Below are positions 53,990-64,000 of a stretch of 64,000 nt of DNA, piece by piece. The notes under the pieces are model-generated. The model was not told where the DNA came from. It ran no database searches and worked only from the letters and a program-made list of their open reading frames with translations. Numbering within the stretch: position 1 is the stretch's first letter; each line of letters opens with the position of its first letter. The position numbers and the translations under genes were made by a program. Source of the stretch: Octopus vulgaris (Eukaryota); assembly GCA_951406725.2 (NCBI GenBank), contig OX597820.1, positions 119,722,001 to 119,786,000 of the forward strand. The letters are read 5' to 3'.

Positions 53990-55112
53990 AAGGTAGCAGA
54001 AACGCAAGCGCTCCAGGCATTATGCTTAACGGTATTTCGTCTGCCAAGGTCTACTTTGCCAGTCATCCTCTCGGGGTCGATAAATTAAGTACCAGTTACG
54101 CACTGGGGTCGATGTAATCGGCTTAATACCGTTGTATGTCCTTGTTTGTCCCCTCTATGTTTATCCCCTTGTGGCTAATAAAGAAATAGGTATTTCGTCT
54201 GCCGTTACGTTCTGAGTTCAAATTCTGCCGAGGTCGACTTTGCCAGTCATCCTTTCGGGGTGGATAAATTAAGTACCAATTACGCACTGGGGTCGATGTA
54301 ATCGGCTTAATACCGTTGTATGTCCTTGTTTGTCCTCTCTGTGTGTAGCCCCTTCTGGCTAATAAAGAAATAGGTATTTCGTCTGCCGTTACGTTCTGAG
54401 TTCAAATCCTGCCGAGGTCGACTTTGCCTTTCATCCTTTCGGGGTGGATAAATTAAGTACCAATTACGCACTGGGGTCGATGTAATCGGCTTAATACCAT
54501 TGTATGTCCTTGTTTGTCCCCTCTATGTTTATCCCCTTGTGGCTAATAAAGAAATAGGTATTTCGTCTGCCGTTACGTTCTGAGTTCAAATCCTGCCGAG
54601 GTCGACTTTGCCTTTCATCCTTTCGGGGTGGATAAATTAAGTACCAATTACGCACTGGGGTCGATGTAATCGGCTTAATACCATTGTATGTCCTTGTTTG
54701 TCCCCTCTATGTTTATCCCCTTGTGGCTAATAAAGAAATAGGTATTTCGTCTGCCGTTACGTTCTGAGTTCAAATCCTGCCGAGGTCGACTTTGCCTTTC
54801 ATCCTTTCGGGGTGGATAAATTAAGTACCAATTACGCACTGGGGTCGATGTAATCGGCTTAATACCATTGTATGTCCTTGTTTGTCCCCTCTACGTTTAG
54901 CCCCTTGTGGCTAATAAAGAAATATGTATTTTGTCTGCTGTTACGTTCTGAGTTCAAATTCTGCCGAGGTCGACTTTGCCTGTCATCCTTTCGGGGTCGA
55001 TAAATTAAGTACCACTTACGCACTAGGGTTGATGCAATCGACTTAATCCGTTTGTCTGTCCGTGTTTGTCCCTTCTGTGTTTAGCCCCTTGTGGGTAATA
55101 AAGAAATAGGTA
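53990..55112 (+). repeat. SINE B tandem array: decayed head plus six bodies (184-bp period)
   Basis: Unit starts 54031 (26-nt deletion), 54189, 54373, 54557, 54741, 54925; end 55108. Confidence 0.95.
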
Positions 55113-55640
55113 TGTGCTTTATCGACTGGGGAAGTACATATGAAAAAACGTACCTGATAATTATAGACAGTCTCTACATTTCCGAAATTACTTTCGGTTA
55201 GCTGAAGATGTATTCACAAAAATGGAACAGTTAAGCACACGCGGAACCCGTGTCTCTCCTTAGTAAAATGTGGAGTTATGTCTAACAACGGCTGTGCTAT
55301 GTATGACACATGCAATTATTGGTAGATTCCACTGTGATATTTCCTGACCATCCGTTGTTTAAGAGACAATGATAGGCACATTCCTACTCTCTGATGGCCA
55401 AAAGAGACTGGCTTGTGGAAAAGTGTGGAAACTGATTGTGTTCCCGTCTGGTGAAGTCTTTACTACTTCGTCATTCGGAAGGGGAAGGATAGGGGAGAGG
55501 ATTATTCTGTTCTCCTGTAAGTTCCTTAAATACTTTGAGAGAGCTGGGAAACGGCATGAATCAATAGGTTTAGTCTCAGTACCTGAGAGCGAATTACGTT
55601 GAATAAGCATTTTCCTTGTTAGTTATGATGATCATGAGAT

Positions 55641-55826
55641 TTTTCATTGAATATGTATGATGGTCCTCACAACTCCTTTTTTTTATCAAGCATTTATATA
55701 TTGTTCATATCTTTTATGTTATCCTGCTTTTCTCATTCAATTTCTGTTCAACCAACCACATGTATTCAATGTATGTGTAATTACACATTTACTGCTCAAC
55801 ATGTTGGCAAATATACCCCACAAGGT
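55641..55826 (+). repeat. 186-bp segment directly repeated at 58425-58609
   Basis: ttttcattgaatatg...ggcaaatataccccacaaggt at both sites, with scattered substitutions. Confidence 0.92.
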
Positions 55827-55899
55827 GGGTTTTTCCGTTGTATTACTTTATATTAGACCACTGCAAAGTGAAAAAATCTAGGATGGCCACATGTGACGC

Positions 55900-58265
55900 C
55901 ACTTCATATGTTAGCCAGTGGTCTCTATTGACAGCCCATATGTCAAACCAGTGGTCCTGCTAAATGCCAGAAGATTTCTATCATCCAAGCAGCGCAAAGA
56001 CCAATACACGAAAGAGATAGTTACTTGTAACCAAGTAATATGGATGGCACCAACAAGAACTCATCACATCACTCACATGACCGATTCTAAGAATCACAGC
56101 GAAGCACGCTGTATTTCAAACTGACAGAAGAGAAAGTACTCATGATGGAACTGCATTGTACATCCGGGAAGATGTCACCCATGTAGTACTTTTGCCAAAC
56201 GCATAGTTCATATTAAACATGTGAAAAGGGTAATATGTACGATATATCGTCCAAAGGATGATCCTGATCATAGTGCCTCATTCGAAGAGAGCCTCAAAAA
56301 CATAGAAATATTAACTAACCTAGATGACAGGCTTCACATACTTCTTCTAAGATACTTCAGCATCCCTAATCTCGAATGTCCCTCAGGCCGCCTCCTTTAG
56401 TAACCTGAATTTCTATAAAGATGATTGGAAAAGACGTCCTAGAACAAAACTGGCTCCCCAGTCTCTGTACGCAGGATATTGACCTAAAACTATAGCACAT
56501 TATGACCATCATGCATGACATATGCAGTAAGTTTGTTCCAGAGAGAATGTCAAATCGACACAAGAGCATAATTCCCAGGGATAGGATGATTCTAATCAGA
56601 CGTGCCGCAAAATCCCAAATCGATAAGCAAACTGCTAAAACATATCGAAAAATATAATCCCAAACAAACACTGCTTGAGATTGAATATGAACTCAGGTCG
56701 ATTACATAGAAACAGAGAAAACTGATGTAATATCATCCATTCATAAAATGAACTTAAACTCACCCTTACGCCCTGATGAATTCCCAATAATCCGTCTAAA
56801 GCAATTGAAAGGAGCAGAGTCTCTTCTCAAGTTTCCTTGCAGATGGGAGACACACCAGAACGTGAAAGGAAGGCATAATATGTCATATCCATGATGGAAG
56901 TTGCAAAGCGGATGCTAAAATTTATTGGACTACCTCCTGTCTCTCTAGCAACACATGTCAGCGAAGTCATGTAAGGAAGCTGATCACCTCCCTACAAGAT
57001 AAGGACTGCTCCCTGATAACCAATACGGCTTCTCTTCGGGAAGAATGTGCCTCACATACCTTCTGCTGAATTATGATTGGTTGCTGAAACAACTAATAAA
57101 TCGCTCAAACGTGGATGTAACATATATTGATTTTGCAAAGGACTTTGGGAAGTTTGATCGTAGAATGGTAAGTCGCAATCCACGGAAACTCGGCATATCG
57201 GGAATTTATGAGAGTCTTAGCATGGCTTCATAAAATACAGAAGCTAGGGAGTAGCAGAAACAGGACATTCTCCAAGGTGAGAATATTTACGAATGGGGTT
57301 CCTCAGATAACTAATATGCTGCAAAAGTGAAAACCCTCCTCACCCAGAATACTAGGCAAATCGCTGCAGTTGATATAAACAACCACGCTTCGTTTCATGT
57401 ACACATTACTAAAGTGGTGGTAATTTGCAGGCAACCGGATGGATTCTGAGAACGTTCAGAACAAAGGAGTAGAAAACGATGCTGGTTCTGTGAAGTAGAT
57501 TTGTTCTCAGCTGTTATAAATACTACCCTCCACTGTGATCAGTTCACACTGCCCAATAAATAGCAGAGCTTGAGGCAGTAGAGCGGAGCTACACCAGGAA
57601 GAATTTACTGAGCTACTTGTTGTTTGTTCCTTCTCGAGCCATGCCTGGCTCATAAGGGCCGGTTTCCCGGTTTCTTGGCGTATAGGTTCCCCACCTGGAC
57701 GGGACGCCGGTCCGTCGCAGGTGAGCTGCAAGATGCAGGAGGAAAGAGTGAGAGAAAGTTGTGGCGAAAGAGTCAGCGGAAGTTCGCCATTACCTTCTGC
57801 TGGAGCTGCGTGGAGTTTAGGTGTTTCGCTCATAAACACACACATCGTCCGGTCTGAGATTCGAACCCACGTTCCCTCAACCGCAAGTTCGCTGCTCTAA
57901 CCACTAGGCCATGTACCTCCACACAACTGAGCTACTGAAGAAGATCGAAAGAGATACGCCTCTACTCCATGGAGTAAAGACAGGTGAGATATGCAGTGAT
58001 ATACATATAGATGATCCCAGAAGGATTGGTACCAAACTTTGGCGTCGTGAGTGATAAAAAATCTCCAAACTCGACGTCCATACAGGTTTCCTTAGGCCCC
58101 TGTCCCTGCCATCTTGTTTAGAGTGAGTATCAGGTACTGAAATAGCTTGGCATTCAAAGGCTCGCAGCTATTTAATATTTTACCCAAGACCTTGAGAGAT
58201 CTAGATGGGGTTGTGTGGGTGAGCTGAAACGCATAAAATACAAGCATAGAAGAAAATGCATGGCT
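55900..58265 (+). mobile_element. Heavily decayed CR1-type LINE (endonuclease to 3' end), interrupted by a SINE
   Basis: QYGFSSGRMCLTYLL...VDVTYIDFAKDFGKFD at ~57020-57160; many stops and frameshifts. Confidence 0.7.
57618..57925 (-). mobile_element. SINE with family C head/body but a different 3' tail; 11-bp TSD
   Basis: TSD actgagctact (57607-57617, 57926-57936); diverges from family C after caactttctctcactctt. Confidence 0.9.
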
Positions 58266-58266
58266 G

Positions 58267-58310
<44 letters not shown>

Positions 58311-58359
58311 TGTGTATGTGTATGTATATATATATATATATATATATATACATACATAT

Positions 58360-58428
<69 letters not shown>

Positions 58429-58609
58429 CATTGAATATGTGTGATGGTCCACAAAACTCCATTTTTTATCGAGCATTTATATATTGTTCATATCTTTTAT
58501 GTCATCCTGCTTTTCTCATTCAATTTCTGTTCAACCAACCAAATGTTTTCAATGTATGTGAAATTACACATTTACCGCTCAACATGTTGGCAAATATACC
58601 CCACAAGGT

Positions 58610-58810
58610 TCGCCATGATAGATAGCTAGCCACTGCACGTTATTTTCTCTCCTTGTCTCTTTCTGTGTTCCTTCCTGTGGAAGAGACTAGGCTCGAAATT
58701 TTAAAGAATTTTCACTTCCCAGGCATTAAATGGTTGTTGTCTACACCACCTGTCTTCGTCTTTTGTTTGTTTTTTTTTGTGAATTCTCTCCCTATATATT
58801 CTCTCCCTAT
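58610..58810 (+). mobile_element. Short Penelope-like element with a degenerate hammerhead (58671-58706)
   Basis: cttc CTGTGGA a gagactaggctc GAAA tttt aaag; homologous to 20822-21032. Confidence 0.55.
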
Positions 58811-58854
58811 GTATCTATCTACATATATGTGTATGTATATATATATGTATATAT

Positions 58855-58943
<89 letters not shown>

Positions 58944-58947
<4 letters not shown>

Positions 58948-59290
58948 GTGCGGTGTATAAACTGTCATCCAAATTACGCAAAAATGAAAATAACACTGAC
59001 GTCTCATCTTAGATATATTTACCAAAATTACATAAAGAATATTTCTTGAAATAATGAGTAGCATTATTCAGTAAAATCGCTATTGGCGTCAACCGCATCC
59101 TCTTGTCGACTTCGAAATCTCCTTCAACTCTTCTGGATGGTCACTTTGTTTAAGGTGGTGAATGCTGCCATAATCCGTGCCTGGAGTTCATCTTTGGTGT
59201 TACAGTGAGTTTTGTTGGTCTCTTGCTCAACTGTGCCCCACACATAATCATCAAACGGGTGGCAGTCTGGGGAGTTAGATGGCTGATGTG
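58944..59290 (-). mobile_element. Tc1/mariner-superfamily (maT/DD37D-like) 3' fragment
   Basis: PSNSPDCHPFDDYVWGTVEQETNK motif; terminus cagggtg. Confidence 0.75.
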
Positions 59291-60057
59291 CAGGATATAC
59301 TGTCTTGAGGAAATTTGTAATCATAGTAAATAAAAACTGAATGTGATGGAGGAAAGAGATATACGTAAAGGAATGAAAATCAATACTATTAATCAAACGA
59401 AAGAGAAAGAAAAACAGGAGCGACACTATAAATTTACAATTTCATTAAAGACAATTGAAGAGGAACCGAGTTGTGTGACGTAGAAGTCAAAGGGAAAAAG
59501 AAATAATTAGAAAGTGATTTGAAATTTGTTTGACATATCATTAGGAAGTATTCATATGAAATACTAAATGATTATTAAAATTGTACGTATATTCGATTCT
59601 GCTTCATGGAGCTGAGATTGGGGCATTTTCAAAGAGATTAGAAGACTTGTGAGGATAACAGAGACAGTAAGGAAAAAAAGAAAGAAAAGAAAAAAGAAGA
59701 GTAAGAGATAATGAAATCTTAATATTGGCAATATAAGAGACAATTTATTAGACAACATGAAAGAGAGATAATTAAATATTTTCAATAACTGATTAGAAAG
59801 AAAATGAGGTTAGAGTGATTGTTAATAAAAAAAGTAAAATTATTAGGAAAGCAGGAAGAAGAAAACCAATTACGTGGATGGTAAATATGAAGATTTGGAG
59901 AGATTTGAGAAGCAGCGAATGTTGAAAGGGCGTCTGGAAGGGGGTGATTGACTCGGCGTTATTTGTGACTCGATCTGGGAGTATTGCAGGATAACTATTT
60001 GAAGATCGTTACAAATTTTGAAAGACCTATAGTCTTATATACATACATACATACATA

Positions 60058-60176
<119 letters not shown>

Positions 60177-60177
60177 G

Positions 60178-60410
60178 AGGTAGTGAGCTGGCAGAAACGT
60201 TAGCGCGCTGGGCGAAATGCCTACCGGTATTTCGTCTGCCGTTACGTTCTGAGTTCAAATTCCGCCGAGGTCGACTTGGCTTTTCATCGTTTCGGGGTCG
60301 ATAAATAAAGTACCCAGTTACGCACTGGGGTAGATTTAATGGACTTAATCCGTTTGTCTGTCCTTGTTTGTCCCCTCTATGTTTAGCCCCTTGTAGGCAA
60401 TAAAGAAATA
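60178..60410 (+). mobile_element. SINE family B, full-length monomer in (TA)n
   Basis: ggtagtgagctggcagaaacgttagc head, B-box gagttcaaattcc. Confidence 0.92.
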
Positions 60411-60744
60411 TATATATATACACATATAAGAAATTAGATACATCAAACACCAAATACATCAAATGCAAAATATGTGTGTATCACTACAGGCAAAACGAGA
60501 GACAGTAAAAGGTGGAGACTTTCAGACGATGAATATTTAAGTATTAATATATAAATACTTATATGAATAGGTCCAATTTTCACAAAGTACAAACGACAGA
60601 GAAAATTAAAAGGGTTAAAGTAAGTTGTTATATGCCTAACACCTGTTTCTGGATACTCGTTAATCAATGATAATGTTGGTAGATTTAGTTCATTACAATA
60701 TGCAATCGTATGGATGTAGTTAAGATAGGAAGAAACGAACCTCC

Positions 60745-61300
60745 GGAACTTTTCGGTTTAAACGGCAGTTTTTCTAACGGTGTCATATGAAATTATCACC
60801 CATTATTATGACCCTAGAATCGATCTATTGCATTTCAATCTGTTTTAGTGTTAGGTTTAGTTAGGGTTAGGGTTAGGGTTAGGGGTAGGGGAAGGGTATA
60901 TTTTTTTTCTTCACAAATGTAAATAAAGCCAATCTGTTTCTTAAACGAGGGACATATTCATATGGCACAGAATGCTTTTTAACTCAATAGACGCCACTGA
61001 TTGGTTGGAATTGCAGAAATTGAAGAAAATAAAAACAATATTTCAATATATAATTTCATAAAGCCAAGAGAAAAATATGTTTTTAGGTACTGTTTCTTAA
61101 ACGAGGGACATATTCATACGGCACAGAATGCTTTTTTTAACTCAATAGACGCCACTGATTGGTTGAAATTGCAGAAATTGAAGAAAATAAAAACAAATAT
61201 CTTACAAACTATATAATTTTCTCTATAAAGCCAAGAGAAAAAGATGTTTTTAGTTACCTAGAAGTTATGTTAAAAACTGCCGTTCAAACCGAAAAGAACC
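60745..61300. mobile_element. Merlin-like MITE (same family as 33114-33546) with an internal ~150-bp duplication
   Basis: TIRs ggaacttttcggtttaaacggcagttttt / aaaaactgccgttcaaaccgaaaagaacc; TSD gaacctcc/gagcctcc; (TTAGGG)4 at ~60861. Confidence 0.88.
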
Positions 61301-61539
61301 GAGCCTCCTTCATCATGGTCGAGAATATCTTAGATTTCAGATCTGAATGCAGAGAAGTTTCCTTCTGTTACCCACAAATACCTGCCTACATTTACATTCT
61401 TGCTGTGGAGGCATAGAATCGTTATTCGCCCGGTAAGTGATGATACATACCAACGTACATTTTTTTTATTATCCCAAACATCATACCTTAGCTCTCTGCT
61501 TGTACTTGAGCGCTTATAAAGAGCGATTCAGTTTCTCAT

Positions 61540-61850
61540 TTCCGTTTTCCATCTCTTTGTCACTACCAGCGTTCTTCACTTTGTAACATAGTTGTGTGCT
61601 GTATGAAGTTGTCATCTAAATAATTTAATTCCCAGTTATGCTTTTCTGTCTTTCCTTTTCTGGTCATGAATACTCGTACTCTTTTACTGCCTGTCCCCAT
61701 ATTGCTGTCTTCAGGTAATATTCTTGCTTCACTATGCTCCACATGGATTTTCATTGTTAATATCCGAGCACACATCATGCTTTTTGCATCAAACAAAAAT
61801 TTAACTTCTTTTTAGTATAGTAAAACCTGTCGTAATTATTTCTATGGTGA
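61540..61850 (-). mobile_element. Possible old RTE LINE 3' end
   Basis: HVEHSEARILP...RKGKTEKHNW...EERW* resembles an RTE C-terminus. Confidence 0.3.
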
Positions 61851-61857
61851 TGTTGCA

Positions 61858-62097
61858 TACTCTTTACTCTTTTACTCTTTTACTCTTTTACTCTTTTACT
61901 TGTTTCAGTCATTTGACTGCGGCCAAGCTGGAGCACCGCCTTTAGTCGAGCAAATCGACCCCGGGACTTATTCTTTGTAAGCCCAGTACTTATTCTATCG
62001 GTCTCTTTTGCCGAACCGCTAAGTGATGGGGACGTAAACACACCGGCATCGGTTGTCAAGAAATGCTAGGGAGACAAACATAGACACACAAACACAT

Positions 62098-62128
<31 letters not shown>

Positions 62129-62285
62129 CATATATATGACAGGCTTCTTTCAGTTTCCGTCTACCAAATTCACTCACAAGGCATTGGTCGGCCCGGGGCT
62201 ATAGCAGAAGACACTTGCCCGGGACTGAACCCGGAACCATGTGGTTGGTAAGCATGCTACTTACCACACAGCCACTCCTGCGCCT
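61858..62285 (-). mobile_element. SINE family A (small internal deletion)
   Basis: Long (tactcttt)n tail. Confidence 0.93.
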
Positions 62286-62446
62286 ATGGTATGAATTCTG
62301 CGAAGTTTCTTCATTCCAGGACACGTTACGCTGTCTTTGTTTCAAAACAGATAATGTACCTTAGGAAGGGAATCGTCCAAGTATCAATTGCTTCGACGTC
62401 ATTACCATTAGGTAAAAACCGTGGTGGTGTATTTTTAGTTTATATA

Positions 62447-63660
62447 CAGTCGTGGCCAATGGTTCTGGCGAAGCGTTTTTTGCACTGAAATTATATAAAA
62501 ATGCCTATCTGAGACGAATCATTGATTTGTTTGAGCGCGTACGAGCATGATAACGAAGAAAAATGGCACATTTGAACCATATGGACAATAATGAGGTGTG
62601 ATACACAGTTATTCAGCTTCCATTCAGTATTTGCAGTGGCGACACCTATTTTTCAAGACGTTCCTGATTCGTTTAAGCATCCTGGAAACCAATTATTGAG
62701 TCAGTTCTATGTTTACAGTCGTCCATTTTTGCTGTAGGAGAGTTTTCAACCGTTCAATATTTGTTGGCTTTTCTCAGTCAACTCAGATTTTAAGGATGGA
62801 CCTCAAATTTTCAATAGGATTTAAATCGGGAGAATTTCCCGGCCAAAACTCCCAAATTTCAATACCTTTATCTCCAGGATTTTTTTTTTCTGTTTAGCAG
62901 TGTGACCAGGTGCTCCAGCTTGTTTGAAAATGCAAGTTTCTTCGCCAATCTGCCTCCCAATGGTTGGAAAGGGATGGTTTTCAAGGATATTTTGGTATCA
63001 TGTGGATTTCATAGAAGAGTTTTTTCCGTAAAACTGACAGTGATTCAACACTCTTGAATGAAAACCAACACGACACTGGAATGGTTTCTGGACGTTTGAT
63101 CGTGGGAAAGATACAGGCCTCATTATAGCGTTCACCTTATCGCCTTTTTTCCAGTTGTCCCAAACAATTTAAATGAGGCTTTATCAAAAAACAAAAAAAT
63201 ACTCACTTTGTCCATTGTTCACTAGACCCAATATTTATATTTTCTGCGAAAAGGCAAGCCTCCCCTTCACGTTATTCTTGGCCAAAAAAAGGTTTCTTTG
63301 CAGCTCTCCGTGAAGCGAGACCATTATCAAAAAGACATCATCGAAGAGTCCGAGCTGAAACGCTGACACTGGCTGATTCCTGCTCGTTAACAGGCTGTTT
63401 GCTGCCAGCACTTCGAATTTCTTACCAAAGCCCTCCCCTGGCGGTTAGAGAACAGACGTTGACGACCAGGGACCTTCTTCACAATCATGCATCCCATCAC
63501 TTCGAAAGTTTTATAATTCTGTACACAGTTCAATCCGGTGTATTGCCTTTAGCAACAATATCCTGAGTTGCGAGAGCAACAATATCCTGTGTTGCGAGTC
63601 CATTTTGGTAGAAAGGAATTATTGACTGTTGTTTTTCTTGTGTCAATATTATCTCTGCAA
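62447..63660 (-). mobile_element. Decayed Tc1 (DD34E) transposon
   Basis: TA|cagtcgtggccaa terminus; WPGNSPDLNPIENL and KQAGAPGHT motifs on (-); frameshifted. Confidence 0.85.
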
Positions 63661-64000
63661 TAAAAGAAAATAAATCTGAAGGTTCTGTGAGAGAAAAGAG
63701 CTTTCATTAATTAAAAATCAATCATAAAATGTCTCATGTCATACATAACTTTACTTACTGTTCTGGTTATTAATTATTGGATTGCATGTGATTCCAATTT
63801 GAAATCATGAAAAGGAATGCGATTTCCACTCGTAGCAAATATTACCAATTCCGCAAACTGATGATTATTTGCAATATCGATTCATTTTCAACAGTTTTTC
63901 ATTCATATCTTATTAGATAACAGATAACCTGTTAAAAATATGAAATCATTAACATTCACATGATATTTCACACGAAGTAACAGAAAAGGTTTTTGCCAAA

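Noticed and set aside
53990-55112. CRISPR-like regular array
   Set aside because: No unique spacers, 184-bp SINE-derived units, eukaryotic context, no cas genes

Overview
AT-rich, microsatellite-saturated eukaryotic DNA, most likely octopus/coleoid cephalopod (judged from the SINE families and repeat landscape; inference). No intact protein-coding gene is supported, and nearly all ORFs in the track are translated (TA)n/(CA)n/(TAA)n/(CTAT)n tracts. The window is an intergenic or intronic transposon graveyard. It holds four tRNA-headed SINE families (some in 184-bp tandem arrays), a young 5'-truncated CR1-type LINE with one stop, R4/Dong LINE 3' ends stacked in (TAA)n, Tc1/mariner/maT fossils and MITEs, Merlin-like MITEs with 8-bp TSDs and TTAGGG repeats, non-autonomous Helitrons and a tiny LTR element. 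The most interesting signal is a set of short non-coding elements sitting in or next to (TA)n/(CTAT)n tracts that carry type I hammerhead ribozyme motifs (CUGANGA...GAAA...NUH), in intact, minimal and decayed states. Several lie inside fold-back palindromes, including a perfect 57-bp-arm palindrome at 27132-27248 that encodes a hammerhead on both strands. This looks like a microsatellite-targeting, Penelope-like/retrozyme-like ribozyme system. All calls were made by eye, without database searches.
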